Source: Acidobacteriota bacterium (lineage in GTDB: Bacteria; Acidobacteriota; JAAYUB01). Taken from it: a stretch of DNA of 64,000 nucleotides. The notes beneath the pieces are model-generated. The model was not told the origin of the DNA. It worked only from the letters and a program-made list of their open reading frames with translations, and did no database searches. A program made the translations under genes and the position numbers. Positions within the stretch are counted from its first letter, which is position 1; each line of letters starts with the position of its first letter. The stretch is from positions 1,985 to 65,984 of the forward strand of contig JAFGRT010000004.1 in assembly GCA_016935015.1 (NCBI GenBank), given 5' to 3'. Below are positions 31,991 through 41,503 of the stretch, piece after piece.

Positions 31991-32377
31991 TCAGTCCAGA
32001 AGAAAATACAAGAAAGGAATCCCCCAACCCAGCACGAGAGTGGCCCCCAGATTGATCATCACGATGAGGGGCAGATCGGGTAAACGGCGACGCCAGGCGA
32101 CATAATTGATCCCTATGGCCAGAATGACGGTATGCATCAGTCCGAAGATCCACCAGGCATAGGCACCGAAAAACCGGATCATCAGGACGCGGTAGATGAC
32201 ACTCAGCGCCGGCCCCACCATCAGGGCGCTCACCAGGAACAAGGCGCCCAGGGCCAGGAAACGGCCCAAGGGACTGGGCCCCTCAGCCGTGCGGTTCATG
32301 GTGAAACGAAACGCACTGCACAGCAACATGCCCATCAAGCCGCCCGTGATTAGGCCCACCAGAATGATTTCTTTCAT
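31991..32377 (-). CDS. Small hypothetical membrane protein (4 TM)
   Basis: Four hydrophobic helices, no recognised family. Confidence 0.5.
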   Translation of the reverse strand: MKEIILVGLITGGLMGMLLCSAFRFTMNRTAEGPSPLGRFLALGALFLVSALMVGPALSVIYRVLMIRFFGAYAWWIFGLMHTVILAIGINYVAWRRRLPDLPLIVMINLGATLVLGWGIPFLYFLLD

Positions 32378-32574
32378 GGGCTCCCTATTCGATCGCTTTC
32401 AACCGCCCCTGGTCGGTAAGTGACGGCGGCGAGTCATTTTGCCGGTGATTTGAACCATTATAGCGGCATTCCGGCACCGGCCACAAGAAAAGATGCAATA
32501 CAACGGGGAAAAAAGGCCGCGGCGTCGGCCGCCGGCCCCCGTTACCACCAGGGAAAAATTTCCAAATACTGAAA

Positions 32575-32603
32575 TTGACCTGCCCGGCAAGTTGTGATAT
32601 GAA
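32575..32603 (+). promoter_or_regulatory. Sigma70 promoter of the decarboxylase operon
   Basis: TTGACC, a 17-nt spacer, then TATGAA. GGGAGG RBS before mmdA. Confidence 0.45.
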
Positions 32604-32634
32604 TATCTGTTTTTTTGCTTGAGCGGGAGGAATC

Positions 32635-34185
32635 ATGACCATCGAGCGTAAACTTCTGGACCTGGCCAACAAGCGCGAAAAGGCGCTGGTCGGTGGCGGC
32701 GAGGACCGTATCGCCAAACAGCACGCCCAAGGCAAGTACTCGGCCCGGGAACGGCTGGAAAAGATTCTGGACGAAGGCAGCTTCGAGGAATTCGATATCT
32801 TCGTCACCCATCGCTGCACTGATTTCGGCATGGACAAGAGCCAACCCCTGACCGACGGTGTCATCACCGGCTACGGAACCATCAACGGCCGTCTGGTGTT
32901 TGTGTTCTCCCAGGACTTCACCATCTTCGGTGGATCGCTGTCCAAAGCCTATGCCGAAAAAATCTGCAAGATCATGGACATGGCCGCCCGGGTGGGAGCG
33001 CCCGTCATCGGCCTGAACGACTCCGGCGGTGCGCGGATCCAGGAAGGCGTCGATGCCCTGGCCGGCTATGCCGATATATTTCTGAAAAATGTTCTCTATT
33101 CGGGCGTAGTGCCCCAAATCTCCCTGATCCTCGGCCCCTGTGCCGGCGGCGCCGTCTATTCACCGGCCATCACCGATTTTGTCATGATGGTGCAAAACAG
33201 CTCGTACATGTTCCTGACGGGACCCAAGGTCGTCAAGCAGGTCACCCGCGAGGATGTCAGCATCGAGCAACTCGGTGGCGCCGCGATCCACTCCGGTCAG
33301 AGCGGCGTGGCCCACCTGCAGTTCGAAAACGAGGACATGGCGTTCGACGCCCTGAAACAGCTCCTCTCCTTTCTGCCCCAGAACAATACCGAGATGCCGC
33401 CGGTGCTGGAAAGTACCGACCCCATCGACCGCGCGGACGAAAGTCTCAATCTCATCCTACCCGAGAATCCCAACAAACCTTACGATATCAAGGATATCAT
33501 TCAACGCGTGGTGGATCAGGGAGAGTTCTTCGAGATTCATCCCGATTTCGCATCCAACCTGGTGGTGGGCTTTGCCCGGTTCAACGGGCGTCCGGCAGGT
33601 ATCGTCGCCAATCAGCCCAAGGTGCTGGCTGGTGTCCTGGACAACAATGCCTCCATCAAGGGCGCCCGTTTCGTGCGCTTTTGCGACGCCTTCAACATTC
33701 CGCTGGTCACCTTCGAGGATGTGCCCGGTTTCATGCCCGGCACCAAGCAGGAATACGGCGGCATCATCCGCAACGGCGCGAAACTGCTGTTCGCCTTTGC
33801 CGAAGCCACTGTCCCCAAGGTAACCATCATCATCCGAAAGGCTTACGGCGGCGCTTATTGCGTCATGAGCTCCAAGCACCTGCGGGGGGATGTCAACCTG
33901 GCCTGGCCGACGGCGGAAATCGCAGTGATGGGGCCCGACGGCGCCGTGGAGATTATCTATCGCAAGGAAATCGACACCGCCGCGGACAAGCCGGCCAAAA
34001 CCGCCGAACTGAAGGAAAAATACAGCGACCTCTTCGCCAATCCGTACAATGCCGCCCGCAAGGGCTATATCGACGACGTCATCGACCCGACGGAGACCCG
34101 CTTCCGCATCATTAAGGCGATGACCATGCTGACCAACAAGCGGGACGTCAATCCGCCCAAGAAGCACAGCAACATCCCGCTGTAA
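32635..34185 (+). CDS. mmdA: Methylmalonyl-CoA decarboxylase alpha subunit / acyl-CoA carboxyltransferase (propionyl-CoA carboxylase beta family)
   Basis: Typical carboxyltransferase N-terminus ([22 protein letters not shown]) and both CT subdomains. Confidence 0.9.
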   Translation: MTIERKLLDLANKREKALVGGGEDRIAKQHAQGKYSARERLEKILDEGSFEEFDIFVTHRCTDFGMDKSQPLTDGVITGYGTINGRLVFVFSQDFTIFGGSLSKAYAEKICKIMDMAARVGAPVIGLNDSGGARIQEGVDALAGYADIFLKNVLYSGVVPQISLILGPCAGGAVYSPAITDFVMMVQNSSYMFLTGPKVVKQVTREDVSIEQLGGAAIHSGQSGVAHLQFENEDMAFDALKQLLSFLPQNNTEMPPVLESTDPIDRADESLNLILPENPNKPYDIKDIIQRVVDQGEFFEIHPDFASNLVVGFARFNGRPAGIVANQPKVLAGVLDNNASIKGARFVRFCDAFNIPLVTFEDVPGFMPGTKQEYGGIIRNGAKLLFAFAEATVPKVTIIIRKAYGGAYCVMSSKHLRGDVNLAWPTAEIAVMGPDGAVEIIYRKEIDTAADKPAKTAELKEKYSDLFANPYNAARKGYIDDVIDPTETRFRIIKAMTMLTNKRDVNPPKKHSNIPL

Positions 34186-34204
34186 GCCAGGAGTGTGCCG
34201 CCAC

Positions 34205-34552
34205 ATGGATATCTCGGATGCCTTAACCATCAGTGCTCTCGGTATCGGTGTCGTTTTTCTGGGGCTGATTTTCACCAGCCTGCTGATTTCTTCGTTTTCC
34301 ACCATTCCCAGGCTGCTCGCCCGGAAAACCGAACCGGCCGCGGAGAAACCCCTGGTCCCTGCCGCAACCGCTCCGGCCGAGATCGATCCGGACATCCTGG
34401 CCGTCCTGACGACGGTCCTGGAAGTGGAGTTGCGGCTGTACCATGGCCACCATGGCCAACGGCTGACCATCTCGGGCCTGCGACCCAGCACCGCCTGGAC
34501 GGACTCGGGAAGAATGCGTGAATACCCGGCCAAGGGAGGACCCAAATCATGA
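34205..34552 (+). CDS. Decarboxylase small membrane subunit (OadG/MmdD-like)
   Basis: A single N-terminal TM helix followed by a Pro/Ala-rich linker. AGGAG lies 12 nt before the ATG at 34205, and the ORF track starts at a GTG at 34193. Position between the alpha and biotin-carrier genes. Confidence 0.6.
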   Translation: MDISDALTISALGIGVVFLGLIFTSLLISSFSTIPRLLARKTEPAAEKPLVPAATAPAEIDPDILAVLTTVLEVELRLYHGHHGQRLTISGLRPSTAWTDSGRMREYPAKGGPKS

Positions 34553-35025
34553 GAGAGTACATCCTGAAAATCGCCGGCAAGGAGTACCGTTCGGAGATCA
34601 AGGAGATCACATCCGAGCACGCCCGGATCGTCGTCAACGATCAGGAATTCGTGGTGGAACTCCTTGAATTGGGCCGGAAGAAGATTTCCGCGCCCGAATT
34701 CTCCCGGCCGCCCTTGGCCGAAGCTGCGGCAACACCCCGGCCGGCCACCGTTTCGGCGACGACGCCGGCCCAAGGTGCCCGTCCCGCCGGCGGTGAGGGC
34801 GTCCATGCCCCACTGCCGGGACTGATCCTGGATGTGTTCATCAAGGAGGGAGATAAGGTCCAGGCCGGGCAGGATCTGGTGCTCATGGAAGCCATGAAAA
34901 TGGAAAACCATATCCAGGCGCCGCATAACGGTACTGTCAAGAAACTGTTCGTGAAGAAGGACGACAACGTCATGGAAGGGGACGTGTTGGTGGAGATCAG
35001 CCGTCCGGCCATGACCACACTCTAG
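34549..35025 (+). CDS. Biotin carboxyl carrier subunit (MmdC/OadA-C-like)
   Basis: Biotinyl domain with the EAMKM motif. Ala/Pro linker. GGAGGA RBS. ATGA overlap with the upstream gene. Confidence 0.85.
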   Translation: MREYILKIAGKEYRSEIKEITSEHARIVVNDQEFVVELLELGRKKISAPEFSRPPLAEAAATPRPATVSATTPAQGARPAGGEGVHAPLPGLILDVFIKEGDKVQAGQDLVLMEAMKMENHIQAPHNGTVKKLFVKKDDNVMEGDVLVEISRPAMTTL

Positions 35026-35106
35026 CCGTGCCGTGCGGTCCGGGCATACGGGGCCGCCCGGCCAGGCATCGGGAGCGCCCCGACAACCTTCGATGAGATG
35101 TGACCT

Positions 35107-36891
35107 ATGAACCGTCCAGATCGCAACAACAGAATCTGCGTCATCCCGGAGCCCCATCGGATCCGGTGGCTGGCGCCCCTCGTGTTTTCCCTGCTTCTGT
35201 CCGCCGTCGTCCTGGGCCAGGGGACCTTTCGCGTGCGCCTGACCGACGACCTGTATGCCAAGATCAGCAAGGGGACCGCCGACGGCTTCACCCACGCCTA
35301 TCCGCGAACAGGAACCGCCGAAGTTGTCCCCGCCACTCGAGGTGAACTGTATAATCGCCGGGACACCCTCATCGGACATTTTATTGTCATCTTTGCCGAC
35401 GAGTTCGACAGCACCGCCCGGATCCGGCTCGACGAACCCCATCTCCCGGCTGAAATCAGCTACGCCGCCGTTGCGGAAAAGGGGCAGAAATATATCGACA
35501 TCACGCCTCTCGATGCCGAGGAGTTTTTCATCATCAGCGGCAAAGGCTGGCAAAACACATCGCCCGACGAACTGAAGGCGGCCATGAAAGGTCTCCTGTA
35601 TGATGAATCGGGCGAACAGGTGGCCCAGTTCCGTCTACTGAGCATCGGCCCCGAGGAAAGCATCGGCCAGATCACCGGCTTTGCCGCAGGCAAATTCCGG
35701 CGGGATCTCCATCAGGGCGAGTTCCTGAGCTATTTCGACCAAGTCGTCCAGGGCACAGGCTTTGCCAACCTGTCCTACCTGAACATGATCATGCTCATCA
35801 TCGGCGGAGTCTTCATTTACCTGGGCATCGCCAAGGACTACGAACCACTGTTGTTGGTACCCATCGGCTTCGGCATCCTCATCGGCAACATCCCCATGCC
35901 CCTCCAGCTGTTCAACGCCATTTCCGTCTACATGATCGATCCCATCACTCACGAGTACGTGTTCAACACCACCACCAACAGCGTCATGGGCTTGCTCTAT
36001 TTCGGAGTGCGATCGGGTCTTTACCCGCCCCTGATTTTCCTGGGAATCGGCGCGCTGACGGATTTCTCCAGCCTGCTGTCCAATCCCAAGAGCGTCCTGC
36101 TGGGCGCTGCCGCCCAGATGGGGATTTTCATCACCTTCCTGGGCGCCCTGTGGCTGGGCTTTTCCCCGGCCAACGCCGCCTCCATCGGCATCATCGGCGG
36201 GGCCGACGGCCCCACCGCCATTTTTCTGTCTTCGCGGCTCGCCCCTTCTCTCATCGGCCCCATTGCCATCGCCGCCTATTCCTACATGGCCATGGTACCC
36301 ATCATCCAGCCGCCCATCATGAAGCTACTGACCAGCAAGAAAGAGCGGCTGATCCGCATGAAACCGGGACGCAAGGTCAAGCAGATCGAAAAAATCCTGT
36401 TTCCGATCGTGGGCATGGTGCTGACCACCTTGCTGGCCCCGGGCGGCATGCCGCTCCTGGGCATGCTGTTCTTCGGCAACCTGCTCAAGGAGTCGGGCGT
36501 CACCAGCCGCCTGTCCAAGACCGCCTCCAGCGCCCTGCTGGATATCTGCACCATCCTGTTGGGCGTTTCGGTGGGAGCGTCCACGACGGCCCAGGTTTTT
36601 CTCAACGAGAAATCGGTCCTGATTTTCGTGCTGGGGGTTCTCTCTTTCGCCGTGGCTACGGCATCGGGTGTCCTGTTTGCCAAAATCATGAACCTGTTCG
36701 TCAAGGACAAGGTGAATCCCCTCATCGGTGCCGCCGGCGTATCGGCGGTTCCCGACTCGGCGCGCGTCGCCCAGATGGTCGGCCGGGCGGAAGATCCCAA
36801 CAATTACCTGCTAATGCACGCCATGGGCCCCAACGTCGCCGGTGTCATCGGTTCGGCCATTGCCGCCGGTGTGTTTTTGGGAATTTTCTAG
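35107..36891 (+). CDS. Na+-translocating decarboxylase beta subunit (OadB/MmdB/GcdB family) with a roughly 200-aa N-terminal extension
   Basis: Residues from about 200 to 594 align with OadB (EPLLLVPIGFG, GIIGGADGPTAIF, AYSYMA, LLMHAMGPNVAGVIGSAIAAG). The N-terminal 200 aa (signal anchor plus soluble segment) is in frame, has high GC3, and is not present in classical OadB. Confidence 0.8.
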   Translation: MNRPDRNNRICVIPEPHRIRWLAPLVFSLLLSAVVLGQGTFRVRLTDDLYAKISKGTADGFTHAYPRTGTAEVVPATRGELYNRRDTLIGHFIVIFADEFDSTARIRLDEPHLPAEISYAAVAEKGQKYIDITPLDAEEFFIISGKGWQNTSPDELKAAMKGLLYDESGEQVAQFRLLSIGPEESIGQITGFAAGKFRRDLHQGEFLSYFDQVVQGTGFANLSYLNMIMLIIGGVFIYLGIAKDYEPLLLVPIGFGILIGNIPMPLQLFNAISVYMIDPITHEYVFNTTTNSVMGLLYFGVRSGLYPPLIFLGIGALTDFSSLLSNPKSVLLGAAAQMGIFITFLGALWLGFSPANAASIGIIGGADGPTAIFLSSRLAPSLIGPIAIAAYSYMAMVPIIQPPIMKLLTSKKERLIRMKPGRKVKQIEKILFPIVGMVLTTLLAPGGMPLLGMLFFGNLLKESGVTSRLSKTASSALLDICTILLGVSVGASTTAQVFLNEKSVLIFVLGVLSFAVATASGVLFAKIMNLFVKDKVNPLIGAAGVSAVPDSARVAQMVGRAEDPNNYLLMHAMGPNVAGVIGSAIAAGVFLGIF

Positions 36892-36900
36892 GAGAATATC

Positions 36901-37827
36901 ATGAGTAAAATCATCGCCGTCATTCCCAATATCTGCGAGGGCAGAGACCAGAAATTCATCGAGGAGCTCACCGTCCGGCTGGATCATGTGCCCAATCTGA
37001 TGATGCTGGACGTCTCCCGGGACAGCGTCCGCAACCGCACGGTCTTTGCCTTCACCGGGACCCGGGAGTCCCTGGTGGAGGGCGGGCTGCTCCTCTACGA
37101 GGAAGCCCTGAAGAAGATTGACATGCGGCGGCACCAGGGCGAATATCCCCGTATCGGCGCCGTGGACGTTTTTCCCTTCGTTCCCCTCAAGGACACGACC
37201 ATCGAGGAGACGGTGGAGCTGTCCATAGATTTCGCGCGCCAGGTGGCCCACCGTTTCAACCTGCCGGTCTACCTCTTTTCAGAATCCGCCCGTTACGCCG
37301 CGCGGCGGGATATCGAGAACATCCGCCAGGGGGAATTTGAGGGTTTCCCTGAAAAAATCAAGGATCCCCGTTGGAAACCTGATTTCGGCCCAGACGAATT
37401 CCCACCCGATGCCGGTGCCACCATCATCGGCGCCCGCCATCCCCTCATCAGTTTCAAGGTGCTGCTGAACAACGGCACCCTGGAAATGGCCCGCGCCATT
37501 TGCCAGATGCTGCAGGCACCCCACAGCGGTATCTGCCACGTCAAGGCCAACTCCGGCCTGGACAATTCCACCGGCCTGCCCTTCATCACCGTGTCCATCC
37601 ACAATTTCCGGGGCACGCCCATGTATCGCGTCATCGAGATCATCCGCCTGGAGGGCCATCGCTTCGGCGTGGCCATTCGCAAAGTGGAGATGATCGGCCT
37701 GATTCCGGAAATCGCCTTCATCGAGTCGGCCCAATACTACATGGGCATCCAGGGCTTCGATCACGAAAAACTGCTGGAGCGCAACATCCAGCGACATCTT
37801 AATGAGAAATTCCTGTTTTCCGAATGA
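36901..37827 (+). CDS. Glutamate formimidoyltransferase (FtcD N-terminal-type formiminotransferase domain)
   Basis: MSKIIAVIPNICEGRD... matches the formiminotransferase N-terminus. AGGAGA RBS. Confidence 0.75.
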   Translation: MSKIIAVIPNICEGRDQKFIEELTVRLDHVPNLMMLDVSRDSVRNRTVFAFTGTRESLVEGGLLLYEEALKKIDMRRHQGEYPRIGAVDVFPFVPLKDTTIEETVELSIDFARQVAHRFNLPVYLFSESARYAARRDIENIRQGEFEGFPEKIKDPRWKPDFGPDEFPPDAGATIIGARHPLISFKVLLNNGTLEMARAICQMLQAPHSGICHVKANSGLDNSTGLPFITVSIHNFRGTPMYRVIEIIRLEGHRFGVAIRKVEMIGLIPEIAFIESAQYYMGIQGFDHEKLLERNIQRHLNEKFLFSE

Positions 37828-37914
37828 TCCGGCACTCTTTCCATCAGGAACGCCGGCCGACCGGGCCGCCCCCCGTGTCGATGGGTTGGCGGAAGTCGGT
37901 CTGTATTGAAGGAT

Positions 37915-38886
37915 TCAGTCCAGGGGATTGGTGGCGGTGGATTCCATAAAGGCCAGCACCTCCGCGGCCGTACGCAAGCCGCCCCGGGCGCCCGGTTCCG
38001 TGCAGCTGAGAGCGGCGGCGGCGTTGGCGAAGCGGAGCGTTCGCCCTACCGGCCAGCCCTGCAGGTAGGCGTAAATAAACGCGCCATGAAACACATCACC
38101 GGCACCGGTGCTGTCCACCGCCCGGATGGTATATCCCGGCACCCGAACGAATTCATCCCCCCACAGGAAGCAGACGCCCTGTGGCCCCACCGTGACGGCC
38201 AGGAAGCCCGGACAGAAACGCCGCATGGCCCGCAGCGCGCGGTGCAGCTCCGCTTCACCGCTGAGCACCCGGGGGAAATTTTCGGACATGATGCAGAAAT
38301 CCGTGCAGGCGAGCAAGGTCGTCGATTTGTCCCGCACCTTGTCAATATCCAAAACGGTCACCATGCCTTTTTCCCTGGCCCGGCGGGCACACCACAGGGC
38401 CGCGTCCTGGTCGTGGCCGTCCAGGTGGAGGACCGGCGCGCAGCAGATCGCGTCTTCCGTCAGTTCGCCCGGCCGAAAATTCAGGCTGTCAGGACGGCTC
38501 CAGAAGATGGTCCGTTCCCCCGACTGGCCGTCCACCACGATGGTGGCCGCCTGATTGGCTGTTCCCGGCTCCGTGACCAAACAGCGGCAGTCGACGCCGC
38601 TCACCAGCAGGCTGTCGCGGGCGATCCGCCCATATCCGTCATCCCCCACCTTGCCGATATACCGTACTCGCTCCAGACCCAGGCGGCGGCAGGTGATCAT
38701 GGCCGTGGCCACCTGCCCGCCCGGCAGGATCCGTTCGGTTAAGATCTCCTCCTTGCCGCCCCGGTCGGGGTACCGGTCCACGTGCAGCAACCGGTCCACG
38801 GCGTTGAGCCCCATGCCTACCACCTGAAAGGGCATGTCCACGAGGTCGGGCACCGCAAAAACGTATGTTTCCCAGTGTTGCTTCAT
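37915..38886 (-). CDS. PfkB-family carbohydrate/nucleoside kinase
   Basis: DSTGAGDVFHGAF signature. Start at MKQHWETYVFAV. Confidence 0.8.
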   Translation of the reverse strand: MKQHWETYVFAVPDLVDMPFQVVGMGLNAVDRLLHVDRYPDRGGKEEILTERILPGGQVATAMITCRRLGLERVRYIGKVGDDGYGRIARDSLLVSGVDCRCLVTEPGTANQAATIVVDGQSGERTIFWSRPDSLNFRPGELTEDAICCAPVLHLDGHDQDAALWCARRAREKGMVTVLDIDKVRDKSTTLLACTDFCIMSENFPRVLSGEAELHRALRAMRRFCPGFLAVTVGPQGVCFLWGDEFVRVPGYTIRAVDSTGAGDVFHGAFIYAYLQGWPVGRTLRFANAAAALSCTEPGARGGLRTAAEVLAFMESTATNPLD

Positions 38887-38927
38887 GTCGGGGCACTCCG
38901 TCCGCCGGGATCGGCCGATCGATCGGT

Positions 38928-39581
38928 TCAGGCGAACTCCCGCCACGCGCGGATATCGATTCCCCCTGTTTTGTCGAGCAGCATTTGGATGGAACGCGGC
39001 ATATCGATGGCCGACTCCGCCGGCAGATAGGCGACCAGATAGGCTTCGTCATTCTCAGGCGCCAGCGCCACGCGGTGATCATCGGTGATGGGCGTACCGA
39101 AGGGTCCGGTGGCGTCGGCCAGAGTGGGCTTGCCCTCGAGCTTGAAGGGCCCCCGCAAGCCGTTGATGCTTTCGCCGGCCATTCCGCGCCGCAGGGTCAG
39201 GGGCGGCTCAATGGAATCGGTTTTCATGACGCAGCAGGGTGCCAGTGTGTACAGCGAGAGCAGATTGTTGAAATCCACCAGCGGCATGACCCGCGGCAGG
39301 CCGTCGCCCTTCATCACGCGACGCATCAGACTCTCCGACGATATGCGGTGGCGGGTGGGGTCCGTACCCGCCTCGCGAAAGAGCTGCCTCAGGCCGGCGA
39401 TCATCGGCAGGTTCGATGAGCGCTGGCCCTGCATCCAGACCCGGAACTGTCGTTCCTCCTGCTCCATGACTCTGGCCAGCCGCTGCGGACTGAAATCCGC
39501 CGCCAGCGCGATATGGGCAAAATACAGTTTCCAGCCGGCCAGTTCCAGCCGGCATTCCCATTGGCTAAATTTCACAATCAT
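38928..39581 (-). CDS. B3/B4 tRNA-binding-domain protein (COG3382-like)
   Basis: AAGGAG RBS. B3/4-domain-like sequence (MPLVDFNNLLSLYTLAPCCVMKTDSI). Confidence 0.6.
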   Translation of the reverse strand: MIVKFSQWECRLELAGWKLYFAHIALAADFSPQRLARVMEQEERQFRVWMQGQRSSNLPMIAGLRQLFREAGTDPTRHRISSESLMRRVMKGDGLPRVMPLVDFNNLLSLYTLAPCCVMKTDSIEPPLTLRRGMAGESINGLRGPFKLEGKPTLADATGPFGTPITDDHRVALAPENDEAYLVAYLPAESAIDMPRSIQMLLDKTGGIDIRAWREFA

Positions 39582-39707
39582 CTCTCCTTTTTCGGGGCCC
39601 GCCGGTACTATCCGTCGCGGTTCCCGCCGACTGTCTGAATCCGTTGTCGCCACGGTCACTCGCCGGTTGGGGCTTGTCGGTTGCGGGGGAGGAATATGCC
39701 GGAAAGG

Positions 39708-40220
39708 CTAGCTGTTCTTGTGGCCGGAAGCGGATTCCTCCACTTTTCCCAGCCGGACCTTGCCCGCCAATACGAACCGATTACCTTTGGCCAAGGTTTT
39801 GCTTTTCAGTGTGAACACGCCGTTGGCGGCGGCAGGTCCGGTCCACTCCCGGATCCGTTGGGGCAAGTCAAACGACGGAGCGTTGTCGGCCACCTCCACG
39901 GCCAGCCGATCGGTGGAAGAAAGGGTGATCCGGATGCCGATCTGGCCCTGCTGGTGATCGCCGTTGTACCCCTTTTCCAGAACAGCGTTACAAATGTCTC
40001 CGACACAGTTCACCAGATCGCGACGGGGCTCAGGGGCCAGGCCCAGCTTGGACAGAGCGCTCTCGATAAACTGGCTGACGAAATCGATCATGATCTCGCT
40101 GGGAGCGAATTCGACGGCCACCCATTCCTTGTTTGTCGATTTCCCGGTCATCGTTGACAATCCCGCTGGTGAACGGCTCCGACGGACGTTCTTATCTTCT
40201 TTATAAGACAGATCGTGCAT
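39708..40220 (-). CDS. Anti-sigma regulatory factor-like Ser kinase (HATPase_c, RsbW/SpoIIAB-like)
   Basis: DLVNCVGDICNAVLEKGY...GIRITLSSTDRLAVEVADNAPSFD. Start uncertain between 40151, 40220 and 40397. Confidence 0.55.
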   Translation of the reverse strand: MHDLSYKEDKNVRRSRSPAGLSTMTGKSTNKEWVAVEFAPSEIMIDFVSQFIESALSKLGLAPEPRRDLVNCVGDICNAVLEKGYNGDHQQGQIGIRITLSSTDRLAVEVADNAPSFDLPQRIREWTGPAAANGVFTLKSKTLAKGNRFVLAGKVRLGKVEESASGHKNS

Positions 40221-40321
40221 TTTTGCAAGCTGAACCTGCGAACCGCCGGGCGAGGCGCAACCGTTGGTGGCTGATACCCCCTCTGATATAATGCCAGGCA
40301 GGGAGCCGGCGGGAGGGAACC

Positions 40322-41233
40322 ATGACCGTCGAAAATTACGAGCCCCAGGCCTTGGGGGCCTTACACGACGCGCTGGAGAATCTTCTGCGGCGCACACCCC
40401 TCACCGAGCGACTGGCTGACGATCCACTCCAATTCCCTCACGGTTATGCCAGCCGCAGGGATCGTGAGATCGTCGGCTGGCTGGCCGCGGGTTTGGCGTA
40501 CGGCCGGCGGGACTATTTCCAGCCCGTCCTTCGGAGCATTTTTCAGCGCATGGGCAACCGCCCCTGGCTGTTTATCAAGAAAATGCGTCTCCCCAGCGAA
40601 ACCACCTATTTCGATGACTTGCTCTACCGTTTCAACAACGGTCGCGATCTGGCCGCCGTCATGGCCGTGCTGCAGGAAATCTACACCGGCTGGCCCTCGC
40701 TGGAGAGTTATTTCCGCCACTTCATGCCGGAGCCGGAAGCGGACACCGTTCTGCCCGCCCTGCAGGGCGCATTGGCCGACATGCGCCGGCGGCTGACCCT
40801 GATTCTCGGGAAGTATCCCGATCTGGACCGTCACGTTCGCAATCCGTTCTTCCTGTTGCCTGACGCCGGCGGGCCAGGCCCCTGCAAGCGGCCGCTCATG
40901 TTTCTGCGCTGGATGGTACGCCGCGAGTCGCCCGATCTGGGCCTGTGGACGTCCTTCTCACCGGCCCGTCTTGTCGTCCCGCTGGACACCCATCTCTTCC
41001 GCGTCTCCCGCCGCCTGGGGCTGACGGACCGCCGCCGCCCCGACCGGCAGGCCTCCCTGGAGATCACGGCCTTTTTTCGCCGCCTCTGCCCGGCAGACCC
41101 TGTCCGCTATGATTTCCCCCTGATGCTGTTCGGCGCCGAGACCTGCACCGTCGAGCCGAGCTGTGCCCGCATCACCGCGAAAGGCGCATGTCCCCTCGGC
41201 CCGTTCTGCCGGCGCTCGCCAGACACGGGCTGA
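40322..41233 (+). CDS. TIGR02757/DUF2400-family protein
   Basis: GGGAGGG RBS. Conserved blocks LRWMVRRESPDLGLW, SPARLVVPLDTHL, DPVRYDF and LFG. Confidence 0.65.
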   Translation: MTVENYEPQALGALHDALENLLRRTPLTERLADDPLQFPHGYASRRDREIVGWLAAGLAYGRRDYFQPVLRSIFQRMGNRPWLFIKKMRLPSETTYFDDLLYRFNNGRDLAAVMAVLQEIYTGWPSLESYFRHFMPEPEADTVLPALQGALADMRRRLTLILGKYPDLDRHVRNPFFLLPDAGGPGPCKRPLMFLRWMVRRESPDLGLWTSFSPARLVVPLDTHLFRVSRRLGLTDRRRPDRQASLEITAFFRRLCPADPVRYDFPLMLFGAETCTVEPSCARITAKGACPLGPFCRRSPDTG

Positions 41234-41424
41234 TGCCGGGGAATTCGCCCGGAATCAGCCTATCCGCCATACCGGCGGATCGTCAGGTATCCACTATGAG
41301 GCGTAGGTTGGCAGATGATGAAAAGCCCCATCGCCATCGGCCGGTTGTTCCAGCACGGCTCCATCGTTCCCGGCCGGTCTTCCGTGTTTATGATGCCGTT
41401 GGAGTGGTGACATGACGACGATCC

Positions 41425-41463
41425 CCAAAAAAGACGGCCCGGGACGATATCTCCCGGGCCGTA
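41425..41463 (-). terminator. Intrinsic terminator of maeB
   Basis: ACGGCCCGGGA/TCCCGGGCCGT 11-bp stem followed by TTTTTT on the minus strand. Confidence 0.7.
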
Positions 41464-41503
41464 TGGTCGTTCAGCCACCGCTTTTTCGGACCGGACAGCC
41501 GGT

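Noticed and set aside
32507-32545. GC-rich imperfect hairpin preceded by an A-run upstream of the small membrane-protein gene
   Set aside because: It would act as a terminator only for minus-strand transcripts coming from the mmdA promoter region, where no gene exists. It is probably fortuitous.
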